From a bacterium (GTDB lineage: Bacteria; Krumholzibacteriota; Krumholzibacteriia; Krumholzibacteriales; Krumholzibacteriaceae), in assembly GCA_020350885.1 (NCBI GenBank), contig CP070727.1, forward strand, positions 3,664,017 to 3,728,016: a stretch of 64,000 bases of DNA, read 5' to 3'. The notes beneath the pieces are model-generated. The model was not told where the DNA came from and ran no database searches. It saw nothing but the letters and a program-made list of their open reading frames with translations. Of this stretch, positions 27,932 through 38,648 are shown piece by piece. A program made the translations under genes and the position numbers. Every line of letters starts with the position of its first letter. Position 1 is the first letter of the stretch.

Positions 27932-28615
27932 TTAACCCCGTATCGCCTCTATCGCTTCTGCATAGTCGGGGCTCTTGAATACAGCCGTACCGGCAACGAG
28001 GATCTGCCCACCGGCCTCCCTGACCATGGCGGCGTTTGCCGGCTTGATGCCGCCGTCGACCTCGATCACGTACCCATAGCCGTGTTCGTCACGAAGCCGG
28101 GTAGCCTCTCGCACCTTTGCGAGCACATCGGAGATAAAGGCCTGCCCCCCAAAACCGGGGAAAACGGTCATGCAAAGCAGAAGATCAACGGAGGGAAGAA
28201 GATGCCGTATCGCCTCAATCGGCGTATCCGGATTGATGGCCAATCCTGCCAGGCAACCGAGATCGTGAAGCTTCTCCACAATACCAAGATGCCCGTCTGC
28301 ACATGCCTCCCAGTGAAAGCTGACCACAGCGCTCCCGCACTCGACGAACGCCTCCGCATATCTGAGCGGGTCGCTGATCATGAGATGCGTGATAAGGGGA
28401 AGTTTGGCGTGCGATGCTATCGCACGGATAATGATAGGACCCATGCTGATATTTTCAACAAAGTGGCCGTCCATGACATCTATATGGAGGAATCCGGCCC
28501 CGGCCCTCGTCACGGATTCGATCTCCTCCCCCAGGCGGGAAAAATCGGCGGAAAGCAGTGAGGGTGCAACGGCAATCCCTCCCAGGTCATTCAACCGTTG
28601 ATACAACGAGTTCAA
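27932..28615 (-). CDS. rpe: Ribulose-phosphate 3-epimerase
   Basis: APSLLSADF, HIDVMDGHFV, HLMI, MTV.PGFGGQ, EVDGG motifs; TTG start after AAGGAG. Confidence 0.96.
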   Translation of the reverse strand: MNSLYQRLNDLGGIAVAPSLLSADFSRLGEEIESVTRAGAGFLHIDVMDGHFVENISMGPIIIRAIASHAKLPLITHLMISDPLRYAEAFVECGSAVVSFHWEACADGHLGIVEKLHDLGCLAGLAINPDTPIEAIRHLLPSVDLLLCMTVFPGFGGQAFISDVLAKVREATRLRDEHGYGYVIEVDGGIKPANAAMVREAGGQILVAGTAVFKSPDYAEAIEAIRG

Positions 28616-29336
28616 TCGTCTCTCCTTCCTCGATGCACGAACCGGGCTCAGGGTGCTGGTCGAGTATGGTATTCGGGAACTTATCGGAAACCCGGCGGCT
28701 GACGACGCGGCCGATCTGAAATCCGAGCCTCGCGAGCCTGTCCCGCACAAACGGCAGATCCATTCCTATGAGATTCGGCATATAATATTTGCGCGGCTCG
28801 CCGCGCATGCAGATCAGGATATCAACCCGCGAGCCATGCGGCACTGATTCTCCCGCCGGGGGGAAGGTGGAAATGATGTTGTTCTGCCCATCTATGGGAC
28901 TGAAGATCCGTACGATTCGTCCCTTACGTAATCCCGAGCTCTCGAGAAGGAGTTCGGCCTGCCTGAGGGATTTATTCCTGAGTTCGGGAACAAACTCCAT
29001 GCGCCTCCCCGCGCTGACGACAACCCGTATTACCCGCCCCTCCTTGAGCTTTTCCTCGGGCTCGGGATCCTGCTCGATGATATACCCCTGAGGAACATCA
29101 TCCGAATGGCGTTCTCCTACAACGACGAGCTCCAATCCCCCATCGCTGCACTTTTCTTCCGCCAGTGCCAGACTCAAGCCCTCGAGCCCCGGCACGATCG
29201 TAACATCACCCCTGCCAACGAGCCCCGGCATGATTATGTAGTTGAAGATCAAGATGCCGACCAGAAACGCCCCGACGATGACCAGCGTGTAATAAATGAC
29301 AGGATGGACTTCCCGCCTCTTCCGCTCCGAATTCAT
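28587..29336 (-). CDS. PASTA domain-containing membrane protein (3 repeats)
   Basis: N-terminal TM; VP.L.G.S, Q.P.P and V.VS repeats. Confidence 0.9.
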   Translation of the reverse strand: MNSERKRREVHPVIYYTLVIVGAFLVGILIFNYIIMPGLVGRGDVTIVPGLEGLSLALAEEKCSDGGLELVVVGERHSDDVPQGYIIEQDPEPEEKLKEGRVIRVVVSAGRRMEFVPELRNKSLRQAELLLESSGLRKGRIVRIFSPIDGQNNIISTFPPAGESVPHGSRVDILICMRGEPRKYYMPNLIGMDLPFVRDRLARLGFQIGRVVSRRVSDKFPNTILDQHPEPGSCIEEGETIELVVSTVE

Positions 29337-30277
29337 CCCTCACCTCCCAGCATCTCCCCTGCCTCGAGAGGATATCCCCGAAGGAATTGGGCGGCATCGA
29401 GGGGACGCTTCCCCTCGCTCTGGAGGCGCACGAGCCGCACGGACCCCCTCCCGCACGCGACGATGACGTGCTCTCCCTCACAGACGAGGATCTGCCCCGG
29501 CCTGTGATCGTGCGGGATACAGTCCCACGGTTGGGCACGATGCACCTTGAGATACCGGCCCCGGTAGTATGTGAAGCTTCCGGGCCAGGGATTCATGCCC
29601 CTGATATGGTTATGCACACCGATCGCATCCCGGTCCCAGGGGATTAATCCATCCCGTTTCCCGAGTCTCGGCGCGCTATGTACGCCCTCCTCGGGTTGGG
29701 GGACGGGAGCGATCGTACCGGCTTCGATGCCCTGAAGTGTTTCGATCAGCAGTGAGGCCCCCTGAGCCGCAAGCCGATCGGAGAGCTCCCCCGCATTCTC
29801 CATGGGGTCGATCGGGACGGTACGCTGGAGATAGATCGGGCCCGCATCGAGCGCTTTGACCATCTCCATTGTGGTGACACCGGTGAAGAGCTCGCCGTTG
29901 ACGATCGCTCCGTTTACGGGGCTGGCTCCGCGGTATGAGGGCAGAAGCGAGGCGTGTAGATTGATACTTCCCCTGGAAGGGATCTCGAGCACGGATACGG
30001 GAAAGATCAGGCCGAAGGCAACAGCGACGCTGAAGTCCGGCTCGAGTGAGCGGAGCCGGTCGATTACATCGCCTTTTTTAAAAGTCTCGATCACGAGCGT
30101 CGGAATTTCCAGCTCCTCGGCGAACCTGCGAACGGGTGTCGGCTGCATCGAACGGCCTCTCCCGGCTGGCCTGTCGGGCTGCGTGACGACAAGGACCGGC
30201 TTGTATGATGTTCGAGCGAGTGCTTCGAGTGAAGGAAGGGCAAAATCGGGCGATCCGAAGAACACGACCCGTGGCAT
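29333..30277 (-). CDS. fmt: Methionyl-tRNA formyltransferase
   Basis: FFGSPDFA, VTQPDRP.GRG, NLHASLLP.YRGASP, LDAG, PWPG motifs. Confidence 0.97.
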   Translation of the reverse strand: MPRVVFFGSPDFALPSLEALARTSYKPVLVVTQPDRPAGRGRSMQPTPVRRFAEELEIPTLVIETFKKGDVIDRLRSLEPDFSVAVAFGLIFPVSVLEIPSRGSINLHASLLPSYRGASPVNGAIVNGELFTGVTTMEMVKALDAGPIYLQRTVPIDPMENAGELSDRLAAQGASLLIETLQGIEAGTIAPVPQPEEGVHSAPRLGKRDGLIPWDRDAIGVHNHIRGMNPWPGSFTYYRGRYLKVHRAQPWDCIPHDHRPGQILVCEGEHVIVACGRGSVRLVRLQSEGKRPLDAAQFLRGYPLEAGEMLGGEG

Positions 30278-30278
30278 A

Positions 30279-30797
30279 TCAGCTCTCCCGACCGGCCCGT
30301 TTGGCAAGCTCCCGCAGCTTGGGTCTCAGCAACGCCCGCTTTGCGAGGGACAGGCGATCGACAAATAGGACACCGTTTAGGTGGTCGATCTCGTGCTGTA
30401 TGATCCGTGCGAGAAGCCCGTCCGCTTTGAGCCTGTGCTTTCGACCCTCCTCATCCTGAAATTCAATCCGGATCACCGAGGGGCGAACGACATTCGCGCG
30501 AATTCCCGGTATGCTGAGACACCCCTCCTCGAAGGACTCGGTTTCATCCGAGTGTGAGATAATCCGGGGATTGATCAATTTGATCAATGTAGAGTTTTTC
30601 CCCGGCTCCGGATTGATGACGGATATGAGCTTTGATATACCGACCTGCGGTGCGGCGAGGCCCACGCCATCTTCGTGGATCATCGTCTCCACCATCTCGT
30701 CAAGCAGCGGTGAGAGCTCGCTACCGAACGTCTCGACGCGCTCGCCCTTTTTTCGCAGAACCTCGTCCCCGTATATACGAATCTCGAATGAATGCAA
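30279..30797 (-). CDS. def: Peptide deformylase
   Basis: GVGLAAPQ, EGCLS, QHEIDHLNG motifs. Confidence 0.98.
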   Translation of the reverse strand: MHSFEIRIYGDEVLRKKGERVETFGSELSPLLDEMVETMIHEDGVGLAAPQVGISKLISVINPEPGKNSTLIKLINPRIISHSDETESFEEGCLSIPGIRANVVRPSVIRIEFQDEEGRKHRLKADGLLARIIQHEIDHLNGVLFVDRLSLAKRALLRPKLRELAKRAGRES

Positions 30798-30830
30798 TCC
30801 GGTACTCCAGTCGGTATAGTGATCGTCGCC

Positions 30831-31151
30831 TCAGTCTTCCCGTTTCTCGATTATGGTCGCTACGGCGCTTTTAACGACCTCGATCTTCACATCCTCGGAG
30901 ATGCGCAGAACGATGACATGCTCCTTGACATCGGAAACCGTACCGTAGATACCACCATTGGTGACGATCTTATCACCTTTCCGGAGGTTGGCTACCATCT
31001 CCTGGTGCTGCTTCTGCTTCCTCTGCTGCGGTCTGATAAGAAGAAAATAGAATATAACAAAGATCAACAGTATGGGAATCAGGCTCGTGAAGAGCGAGGG
31101 TCCCCCTTCGGTGCCTGATGGACTACTGAGGGCGAACAACAGAAAAGACAT
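30831..31151 (-). CDS. yajC: Preprotein translocase subunit YajC
   Basis: FYFLLIRPQQ, L.KGD.IVT.GGI.G. Confidence 0.97.
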   Translation of the reverse strand: MSFLLFALSSPSGTEGGPSLFTSLIPILLIFVIFYFLLIRPQQRKQKQHQEMVANLRKGDKIVTNGGIYGTVSDVKEHVIVLRISEDVKIEVVKSAVATIIEKRED

Positions 31152-31161
31152 CCTTCCTCCT

Positions 31162-32316
31162 TTACCGTTCCTCTTTATAGGATCCCGTTCCGGAATCTCG
31201 ATACGAGCGATAGAATCGTTCTCTCCATTCCAGAAAGGATCCTTCCCGTATAACTTGCCTTATTTCAGAGAGTAGATGCAAGTAAAAATAGAGACTATGG
31301 TATGTTGCGAGTCTCGGCCCCAACAGCTCACCGGCATTGAAGAGGTGGCGCAGGTAAGCTCTGCTGTAGGTATGGCATATCTCGCACCCACAGTCCGGAT
31401 CGAGGGGCCCGAAGTCCCTTGCATGGACCGAATTCTTCACGACGAGCTTGCCGCCCGATGTAAATACCGTCCCGTTCCGGGCGTTGCGCGTCGGGATCAC
31501 ACAATCGAACAGGTCGACTCCACTACCGATCGCCTCGACGATATCCTCAGGGTACCCGACCCCCATGAGGTAACGGGGCTTCCCGGCCGGCAGGAGCGAG
31601 GTCGTATGCGCCACCATCTCGAGGGTTTCGTTCTTGGGTTCCCCCACCGAGAGCCCGCCGATTGCGTATCCGGGGAAATCTAAGGCAGCGAGCTGGTTCG
31701 CCGACCGCTCACGCAGATCGGGATACACGGATCCCTGAACGATACCGAAGAGCACACGCTCGTACCCGTTCCGTGTGAACCGCGGACCGTAGAGCGAGAT
31801 GCTTTGCTCCGCCCAGCGGGTGGTCCGCTGTACCGCCTCCTCTGTTGTCGGCCGGTCGCACGGGTAGCTGGTGCACTGATCCAGAACCATCATGATATCC
31901 GAGCCGATGGCGATTTGTATGTCGACCACCCGTGACGGCGTCAGCAGGTGAGAGGAGCCGTCGATATGAGAACGAAACGCCACCCCCTCATCGGTGATAC
32001 GGCTGAGGTCGGCGAGACTGAAGACCTGATAACCGCCGCTGTCAGTGAGAACCGGTCTCCGCCAGGACATGAATTCATGAATTCCCCCCGCTTCGGCGAT
32101 CAGCTCTTCGCCGGGCCTGAGATAGAGATGATATGTGTTTGCTAGGATGATCTCGGCACCGATTGCGTAGAGGTCCTCTGACGATATCGTCTTGACGGTT
32201 CCCTGCGTACCGACCGGCATGAACATGGGGGTCTCGAAGGTACCATGATCCGTCGTGATGCGGCCCATCCTGGCCCCGCCCGGGTCCTGTGCGATCAGGG
32301 AAAAGTCGAATGCCAT
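31162..32316 (-). CDS. tgt: tRNA-guanine transglycosylase
   Basis: TP.FMPVGT, NTYHL, TDSGGYQVFSL, GGLSVGE, FDCV.PTRNARNG, C.C..C motifs. Confidence 0.98.
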   Translation of the reverse strand: MAFDFSLIAQDPGGARMGRITTDHGTFETPMFMPVGTQGTVKTISSEDLYAIGAEIILANTYHLYLRPGEELIAEAGGIHEFMSWRRPVLTDSGGYQVFSLADLSRITDEGVAFRSHIDGSSHLLTPSRVVDIQIAIGSDIMMVLDQCTSYPCDRPTTEEAVQRTTRWAEQSISLYGPRFTRNGYERVLFGIVQGSVYPDLRERSANQLAALDFPGYAIGGLSVGEPKNETLEMVAHTTSLLPAGKPRYLMGVGYPEDIVEAIGSGVDLFDCVIPTRNARNGTVFTSGGKLVVKNSVHARDFGPLDPDCGCEICHTYSRAYLRHLFNAGELLGPRLATYHSLYFYLHLLSEIRQVIREGSFLEWRERFYRSYRDSGTGSYKEER

Positions 32317-32334
32317 GCGGCGTACCCCTCTGTC

Positions 32335-33390
32335 TCATCGTATGAACATGCAGTCACCATAGCTGTAGAACCTGAATCGGCGGCGTACGGCCCATCGGTA
32401 ACTTGCGAGCACATTCTCACATCCGGCAAAGGCCGAGACGAGCAGCAGGAGGCTCGAACGCGGCAGGTGCAAATTCGTAAGCATTGCATCGACGATCCGG
32501 AAGCGAAAGCCCGGATAGATGAAGACGGGTGCCCAGCCGCCGATGTACGGTTCCCCATCGATGATCCTCTCCTCCTGCTCCTCCAACGGTCCCGCAACGA
32601 GTGACTCCAAGGCCCTGGTCGTCGTGGTCCCCACGGCAACGATACGGCGCCCGCTCCGTTTGGCCGCTCGGATCTCTTCCCAGTACTCACGTTTGATGAG
32701 AAGATACTCCGGTTCGAGGGTGTTCTCCTCAACCGTTTCACAGGGCAGCGGCCTGAATGTGCCGGGACCTACATGCAGGGCAAGAGGCACGACGGTAACG
32801 CCGCGGCGCCGTATCCTTCGCAATACGTCGTCCGTGAAGTGTAGTCCGGCTGTCGGTGCGGCAACCGAGCCCTCCCGTCGTGCAAAGATCGTCTGGTAGC
32901 GTAGGGTATCGGCACTGCCGTCTTCCCGCTTAATGTACGGCGGGAGGGGTACATGGCCGAAGGTGCGTAAAAATACGTCTTCGGTGAACGCATCCGGGAG
33001 CTGTACCGTCCATTCTCCGTGACCGGTGCGATCCAGAATCTTGACCGGGAAGTCCTCGTCACCAACGAGGATAGTCCCTCCGCTCCTGAGACGCCTTGCG
33101 GGCCTGAGCATTGCCGACCAGCGCCGCCTGCCGAGCCGGTGTGTGAGGAAGATCTCGACGCGACCACCCGTGGCCTTCCGACCGAATATGCGTGCAGGGA
33201 TGACCTTTGTCTCGTTCACAACGAGAAGATCACCGATCTGTAAGTATCGGGGGAAATTCGAAAATCGCGTCTCCCGCACTCCACCGGATTTCCGTTCCAG
33301 AAGCATCATACGGCTCTCGTCGCACCTGGAGGCAGGATACTGGGCTATGCGTTCCTTCGGTAGATCGTAATCGAAATCACTGAGCTTCAT
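32335..33390 (-). CDS. queA: S-adenosylmethionine:tRNA ribosyltransferase-isomerase
   Basis: FDY.LP..IAQ.P, PLPPYI.R, GSVAAPTAGLHF, VGTT..R.LES, FYSYGD.M motifs. Confidence 0.98.
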   Translation of the reverse strand: MKLSDFDYDLPKERIAQYPASRCDESRMMLLERKSGGVRETRFSNFPRYLQIGDLLVVNETKVIPARIFGRKATGGRVEIFLTHRLGRRRWSAMLRPARRLRSGGTILVGDEDFPVKILDRTGHGEWTVQLPDAFTEDVFLRTFGHVPLPPYIKREDGSADTLRYQTIFARREGSVAAPTAGLHFTDDVLRRIRRRGVTVVPLALHVGPGTFRPLPCETVEENTLEPEYLLIKREYWEEIRAAKRSGRRIVAVGTTTTRALESLVAGPLEEQEERIIDGEPYIGGWAPVFIYPGFRFRIVDAMLTNLHLPRSSLLLLVSAFAGCENVLASYRWAVRRRFRFYSYGDCMFIR

Positions 33391-33423
33391 GGTAGTATCG
33401 ATTTCGTGAAGAGAACTGCCGTG

Positions 33424-34449
33424 CTAGAGGAACCTTTGCTGCTTCCCGTCACCGGACCGCTCGATGCCGAGGTGCTGGTAACCCGCCTCGGTGACGACCC
33501 GCCCGCGCGAGGTTCGCTGGAGGAAACCCTCCTGGATGAGATACGGTTCGTAAACATCCTCGATCGTTTCCGTTTCCTCGAATACCGCAACAGAAAGCGA
33601 GTTGATACCGACCGGACCGCCGGAGAACTTTTCGATGATCGTTATGAGGATCCGCCGGTCCATCTCGTTTAATCCTTTCTCGTCGACCTCCAGCATGCCG
33701 AGGGCATAATCGGCGATCTTCAGGTCGATCCTCCCCTCACCCTTGATCTGTGCATAGTCCCGCACCCTTCGCAGCAATCTGTTCACGATGCGCGGTGTGC
33801 CCCGGGAACGGCGGGCGATCTCGATGGCACCCCCTTCCTCTATCTCGATCCCGAGAAGCTGCGCCGATCTCGAGACGATTCTGACAAGATCCTCGGCGGA
33901 GTAGAAATCAAGCCGTGCCACAACACCGAACCTGCTCCGCATCGGTGGTGTTATCATCCCCGCCCGCGTCGTTGCCCCAACAAGCGTAAAAGGAGCGATC
34001 GAAAGTGAGTAGTGGCGGGCGTGCGGCCCCTTGTCGACGATGAGCTCACAGCGGAATTCCTCCATCGCCGGGTAGAGATGCTCCTCGATGACCCTGTTGA
34101 GCCGGTGGATCTCGTCGATGAATACAACATCCCGCTTCTCGAGCTGTGTGAGCACGCCGAGAAGCTCCGCCGGATTCTGAAAGACGGGACCCGATGTGGG
34201 ACGAATGTTGACATCGAGCTCGTGGGCAATGATGTGGGCAAGTGTTGTCTTCCCCAGGCCTGGCGGACCGTAGAGGAGAACGTGATCGAGCTGTTTCCCC
34301 CGCTGTTTGGCCGCCTCGATGAAGATCGAGAGATTCTCCTTGACCTTCTCCTGGCCTACGAACTCACCCAGGGTTTTTGGCCGGAGCGTCGATTCTGATT
34401 GCAGTTCCTCCGGTGAAAGTTTTGGATCCGTTATGAGCCCGTCGGTCAT
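33424..34449 (-). CDS. ruvB: Holliday junction helicase RuvB
   Basis: [33 protein letters not shown] motifs. Confidence 0.98.
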   Translation of the reverse strand: MTDGLITDPKLSPEELQSESTLRPKTLGEFVGQEKVKENLSIFIEAAKQRGKQLDHVLLYGPPGLGKTTLAHIIAHELDVNIRPTSGPVFQNPAELLGVLTQLEKRDVVFIDEIHRLNRVIEEHLYPAMEEFRCELIVDKGPHARHYSLSIAPFTLVGATTRAGMITPPMRSRFGVVARLDFYSAEDLVRIVSRSAQLLGIEIEEGGAIEIARRSRGTPRIVNRLLRRVRDYAQIKGEGRIDLKIADYALGMLEVDEKGLNEMDRRILITIIEKFSGGPVGINSLSVAVFEETETIEDVYEPYLIQEGFLQRTSRGRVVTEAGYQHLGIERSGDGKQQRFL

Positions 34450-34477
34450 CCGTGCATTCCTTCCCGGCAACATTGCC

Positions 34478-35080
34478 TCACACGTTTTTCAGGGCCTCGC
34501 GTACGATATGTTCCACGCGACGGGGGTCCTCGAGATTTTCGACTGCTATCCTGCTGACCGCCTTTTCCGCCACCGCGCGTGTCAATCCCAGTGCCATGAG
34601 AGCCGTCATCACTTCCTCCGTTACCTCGCGCTCGATCCCCGGCACCGCACGCGGTACATGGGGCAGATAGCGTTCGATGTCGATCCTATCCTTGAGTTCG
34701 AGTACGATCCTCTCTGCGGTTTTCCTTCCGATCCCCGGAAAAGACATAAGCACGCGTGTTTTCTTCTCGTAGATTAACCGGGCAAGCTCTGCCGCCTCGC
34801 TGACGGAAAGGATACCAAGCGCCACTTTGGGTCCCACACCGGACACCCCGAGCAGCGCCTGGAAGAGGCGTTTCTCGTTTTCATCGAGAAATCCGTACAG
34901 CGTGAGGGCATCCTCCTTCACGTGCAGGTAGACCTGAAGCCGTACTCGTTCCCCCTCCCCGCCGATCCTCTCGAGCGCCCTGAGGGGCACGAAGACATCC
35001 AGCCCTATCCCCCCGCCCACCTCGATCATGAGCCTATTGCCCTCTCGACCTCTGATGGTTCCTTCGATAACGGATATCAC
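34478..35080 (-). CDS. ruvA: Holliday junction branch migration protein RuvA
   Basis: ED.L.LYGF, VSGVGPK.AL, PGIG.KTAERI.LELK motifs. Confidence 0.97.
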   Translation of the reverse strand: MISVIEGTIRGREGNRLMIEVGGGIGLDVFVPLRALERIGGEGERVRLQVYLHVKEDALTLYGFLDENEKRLFQALLGVSGVGPKVALGILSVSEAAELARLIYEKKTRVLMSFPGIGRKTAERIVLELKDRIDIERYLPHVPRAVPGIEREVTEEVMTALMALGLTRAVAEKAVSRIAVENLEDPRRVEHIVREALKNV

Positions 35081-35571
35081 GGCAGCCTCCCGGCCGCACT
35101 CGTTGCCCGCAGGGAATGGCAGAATGCAACGGCGAGTGCATCCGTCTCGTCGACTGTTGCGGGCTCATGGTCGGGCTTGAGGAGACGGCTTACCATTGCA
35201 GCCACCTGGCTCTTGTGCGCCGCTCCCGCCCCAACGACACTGCTCTTGACCTCCCGCGGTGTGTACTCGAATACCGGTACCCCGGCCCCGGCCGCGGCAA
35301 CCAGAATCACTCCCCGCACCTCCCCGAGCGTCAACGTACTCTTCGGATTTTTCGCCATAAAGATCTCCTCGACGGCGACCGCATCGGGAGCAAAACGTTG
35401 CAGTACCTCGTCGAGCTTCTGTTTGATTGTAAGGAGCCGCTCCGGTTTGGATTTCGAGCGCCCCACACGTATGATCCCCGATGCGATATAGCGAATATCC
35501 CGTCCCTGCCGTTCGACGATACCGTATCCGGTGATATGACTTCCTGGATCGATGCCTAGAGTGAGGGACAC
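35077..35571 (-). CDS. ruvC: Crossover junction endodeoxyribonuclease RuvC
   Basis: LGIDPG..TGYG, EY.P..VK..V.G.G.A.K.QV, D..DALA.A.CH motifs. Confidence 0.97.
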   Translation of the reverse strand: MSLTLGIDPGSHITGYGIVERQGRDIRYIASGIIRVGRSKSKPERLLTIKQKLDEVLQRFAPDAVAVEEIFMAKNPKSTLTLGEVRGVILVAAAGAGVPVFEYTPREVKSSVVGAGAAHKSQVAAMVSRLLKPDHEPATVDETDALAVAFCHSLRATSAAGRLP

Positions 35572-35669
35572 CCGTGTACTCCCGCCCGTCGCTTGTTCCT
35601 GCCCGCCTTTCCGCCTCCCCCAAGAAGACCTTTTCCTGCCGCTGCCGGAACGTTCACGGAGGATGGTAG

Positions 35670-36425
35670 CTACAGCTCGCCCTCTATCTCCTTCATGACA
35701 CTGTCGGGAATGTCGAAGTTCGCGCTCACCTGCTGAACATCATCGTTGTCCTCGAGTGCGCTGACGAGCTTGAGCACCTTGACCGCCTGCTTGCGATCGA
35801 GTTTGACGGTGGTCTTCGGATACAGTGAGACCTCGGCCAGTTGATACGCAATGCCTGCATCACGGAACTTCTCTCGAAGTGATTCGAAATCTTCTGGCTT
35901 GCAGATAACCTCGAAGACACCGCCCTCGGAGCGAATATCCTCGGCACCGTTATCGAGTGCGATCTCGAATACCTTTTCTTCATGTGCCTCCGACTCGTCG
36001 ATCACGACGATCCCCTTGGTATCGAACAGAAAGAGCACCGAATTCGGTTCTCCGAGATGACCGCCGTGCTTCGAGAAGAGGTGGCGAACCTCCGCACTGG
36101 TGCGCTTGTGGTTGTCCGTGAGCGATTCGACGAGGATGGCGATTCCGCCCGGTGCGTATCCCTCGAAGGTATAGGACTGGTAGTTGACGCCGGGGAGCTC
36201 CCCTGTGCCGCGCTTGATGGCACGATCGATGTTGGCCGTCGGCATGTTGTTTTCCCGGGCGTTCTGAATGGCGGTTCTGAGACGCGGATTCGAATCGGCA
36301 TCCCCGCCCCCCTCCCGGGCGGCCACCACGATTTCACGGATCAGTTTCGTGAAGACCTTGCCCCGTTCGGCATCGACCTTCGCCTTCTTCCGCTTGATCG
36401 TGCTCCATTTGGAATGTCCGGACAC
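35670..36425 (-). CDS. yebC: YebC/PmpR family protein
   Basis: MSGHSKWSTIKRKK, NPRLR, EGY.PGG, DN..R, DDVQ.V..N motifs. Confidence 0.97.
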   Translation of the reverse strand: MSGHSKWSTIKRKKAKVDAERGKVFTKLIREIVVAAREGGGDADSNPRLRTAIQNARENNMPTANIDRAIKRGTGELPGVNYQSYTFEGYAPGGIAILVESLTDNHKRTSAEVRHLFSKHGGHLGEPNSVLFLFDTKGIVVIDESEAHEEKVFEIALDNGAEDIRSEGGVFEVICKPEDFESLREKFRDAGIAYQLAEVSLYPKTTVKLDRKQAVKVLKLVSALEDNDDVQQVSANFDIPDSVMKEIEGEL

Positions 36426-36443
36426 GGGAAGCCTCCTGGTACG

Positions 36444-38537
36444 CTACTTGTGACCTTCCTCCTTGGCGGCTTCGGTCTCTGTGACGAGCTTCTGAGCGAC
36501 GTCGTGCGGCACCTCTTCGTAATGCGAAAACTCCCTGCCATGCGTTCCCCTGCCCTGCGTCATCGATCGAAGCGATGTCGAGTACCGGTGCAGCTCCGCC
36601 AGCGGCACCTGTGCCTTTATCTTTTGCAGGCTTCCTTCCTGCTCGGTGCCCTGTATCTTGCCGCGCCGCATGGAAAGATCCCCCATTACATCACCCATGT
36701 ACTCTTCAGGCACGAGCACATCCACGGTTATGATAGGCTCGAGAATCACCGGTTTCGCTCCTTGGACGGCCTTCTTGAAACCGAGTGAGCCGGCGACCTT
36801 GAATGCATTATCCGATGAATCGACTGTATGATAGGAACCGTCATACAGTGTTACCTTGATATCCATGACCGGGTATCCGGCCACAACACCCTGCTTCATC
36901 GCCTCCTTGACGCCCTTCTCTACAGCCGGTATGTACTTCGAGGGAACCACTCCGCCCACGATGGCATTGACGAATTCGAATCCCGATCCACGTGGGAGCG
37001 GTTCGAGCTTCACCCAGACATCACCATACTGCCCCCGCCCCCCGCTCTGTTTCTTGTACTTGCCTTGGGCTTCGGAAACACCCATGATCGTCTCCCGGTA
37101 TGGGATCCGCGGTGGGACCATTTCCACGCCGACCTGGTGCTCGCGCATGAGCCGCGCGAGAATCACCTCGAAATGCAACTCACCCTGACCCGAGAGCACT
37201 GTCTGCCTGAGCTCGGGATTGACCTCGACTTTGAAGGTCGGATCTTCCTCCCGTAACTTGTTGAGAGCTGTTCCCACCTTCTCGACGTCCGCCTTTGACT
37301 TTGGAACAATCGCCGTGTGAAGTGTAGGTTCCGGGAATTTTGTTCCCGTAATGATCACCGCATGCGACCGTTCGCATAATGTGTGATTGATCTTGGCGGA
37401 CTTGAGCTTCACCGCCGCACCGATATCCCCGGCTCCAATCAATGCGGTCTCCACCCGGTTCTTTCCCTGAATGAAGTACAGCTGTCCAACACGCTCCGAT
37501 GAGTCGATGTTGGCGTCCAGTAATTCCTCTCCTACCTTGACCTGACCGCCGTACACTCTGATGAAGGAGAGATCACCTACGTGCTTCTCCGTGAGGGCCT
37601 TATAGATGAAGCACATCGCCGGATTATCCGGTCCGGTCTCCACCGTCTCTGTTTCCCCGGACGAGACCGATGTGACCTCAATCTCGCTGCGCCACTCGGG
37701 CGATGGCAGCATCGAAACGATCGTATCCATGAGCTGCTTGACGCCGATATTCGAAGGTGAAGCGCAGTACACGAGCGGCACGAGGGTTCCTGCGAGACAC
37801 CCAGCCGCAAGCCCCGTGGTCAGCTCGTCGTCAGAGAGCGTCCCCTCATTGAAAAACTTCTCGAGCAGCGTGTCATCGGTTTCGGCGGCGAAATCCATGA
37901 GCTTCTGGCGCCATTCGTCGACATGCTCCGTCAGGTCTTCCGGAATGTCCCCCTCGGTGTACTTTCCGTCGGAACCATCGTAGATGTAGGCCTTCCCTTT
38001 CAGGATATCGACGACCCCCTTGAACGAGGGACCCTGCCCGATCGGCAGCTGCACCGGCATGACTATCTTGCCAAGGTACTTCTGTGCGTCGGAGAGACAC
38101 TTTTCATAATCGGCATGCTCCTTGTCCATCCTGTTTATGCATATGATCCTCGGCTTACCGTAACCGTCGAGGTAGCGCCAAGCCTTCTCAGCACCCACTT
38201 CAATCCCGGCATCGGCGCTCACGACCACGACTCCGCCCTCGACGACGGGCAGGCAGGAAAGTACCTCACCAACGAAGTCCTCGTAGCCTGGTGTGTCAAG
38301 AATATTGATCTTTGCCTTGGAGTATTCACAAAATGCCAGACTCGCCGTGATCGATATCTTCCTCTCGATTTCGTCCGGGGAGGAATCCATCACCGTATTC
38401 CCGTCCTCCACACTGCCGATCCGGTTCGTCACACCGGCATTGAATAGTATCGCTTCCGCCAGTGTCGTTTTCCCTGATGATTGGTGACCCATGAGAATCA
38501 CGTTTCTGAGTCTGTCGATACTGTACTGTTTCAACAT
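36444..38537 (-). CDS. fusA: Elongation factor G paralog (EF-G2-like)
   Basis: Five-domain EF-G layout with KKQSGG.GQYG and YH.VDSS; divergent G motifs GHQSSGKT, RKISI, NRMD; outside the str operon. Confidence 0.85.
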   Translation of the reverse strand: MLKQYSIDRLRNVILMGHQSSGKTTLAEAILFNAGVTNRIGSVEDGNTVMDSSPDEIERKISITASLAFCEYSKAKINILDTPGYEDFVGEVLSCLPVVEGGVVVVSADAGIEVGAEKAWRYLDGYGKPRIICINRMDKEHADYEKCLSDAQKYLGKIVMPVQLPIGQGPSFKGVVDILKGKAYIYDGSDGKYTEGDIPEDLTEHVDEWRQKLMDFAAETDDTLLEKFFNEGTLSDDELTTGLAAGCLAGTLVPLVYCASPSNIGVKQLMDTIVSMLPSPEWRSEIEVTSVSSGETETVETGPDNPAMCFIYKALTEKHVGDLSFIRVYGGQVKVGEELLDANIDSSERVGQLYFIQGKNRVETALIGAGDIGAAVKLKSAKINHTLCERSHAVIITGTKFPEPTLHTAIVPKSKADVEKVGTALNKLREEDPTFKVEVNPELRQTVLSGQGELHFEVILARLMREHQVGVEMVPPRIPYRETIMGVSEAQGKYKKQSGGRGQYGDVWVKLEPLPRGSGFEFVNAIVGGVVPSKYIPAVEKGVKEAMKQGVVAGYPVMDIKVTLYDGSYHTVDSSDNAFKVAGSLGFKKAVQGAKPVILEPIITVDVLVPEEYMGDVMGDLSMRRGKIQGTEQEGSLQKIKAQVPLAELHRYSTSLRSMTQGRGTHGREFSHYEEVPHDVAQKLVTETEAAKEEGHK

Positions 38538-38648
38538 TACCTCCTGATTCGTCTTGAGACCGGATTATTTGTCCGTCCGTGGATCCCCGCAGATGGGATG
38601 CAGGCATTGCCTATCATATGCGGCCTGTTTACGGATACCGCCCGACTA

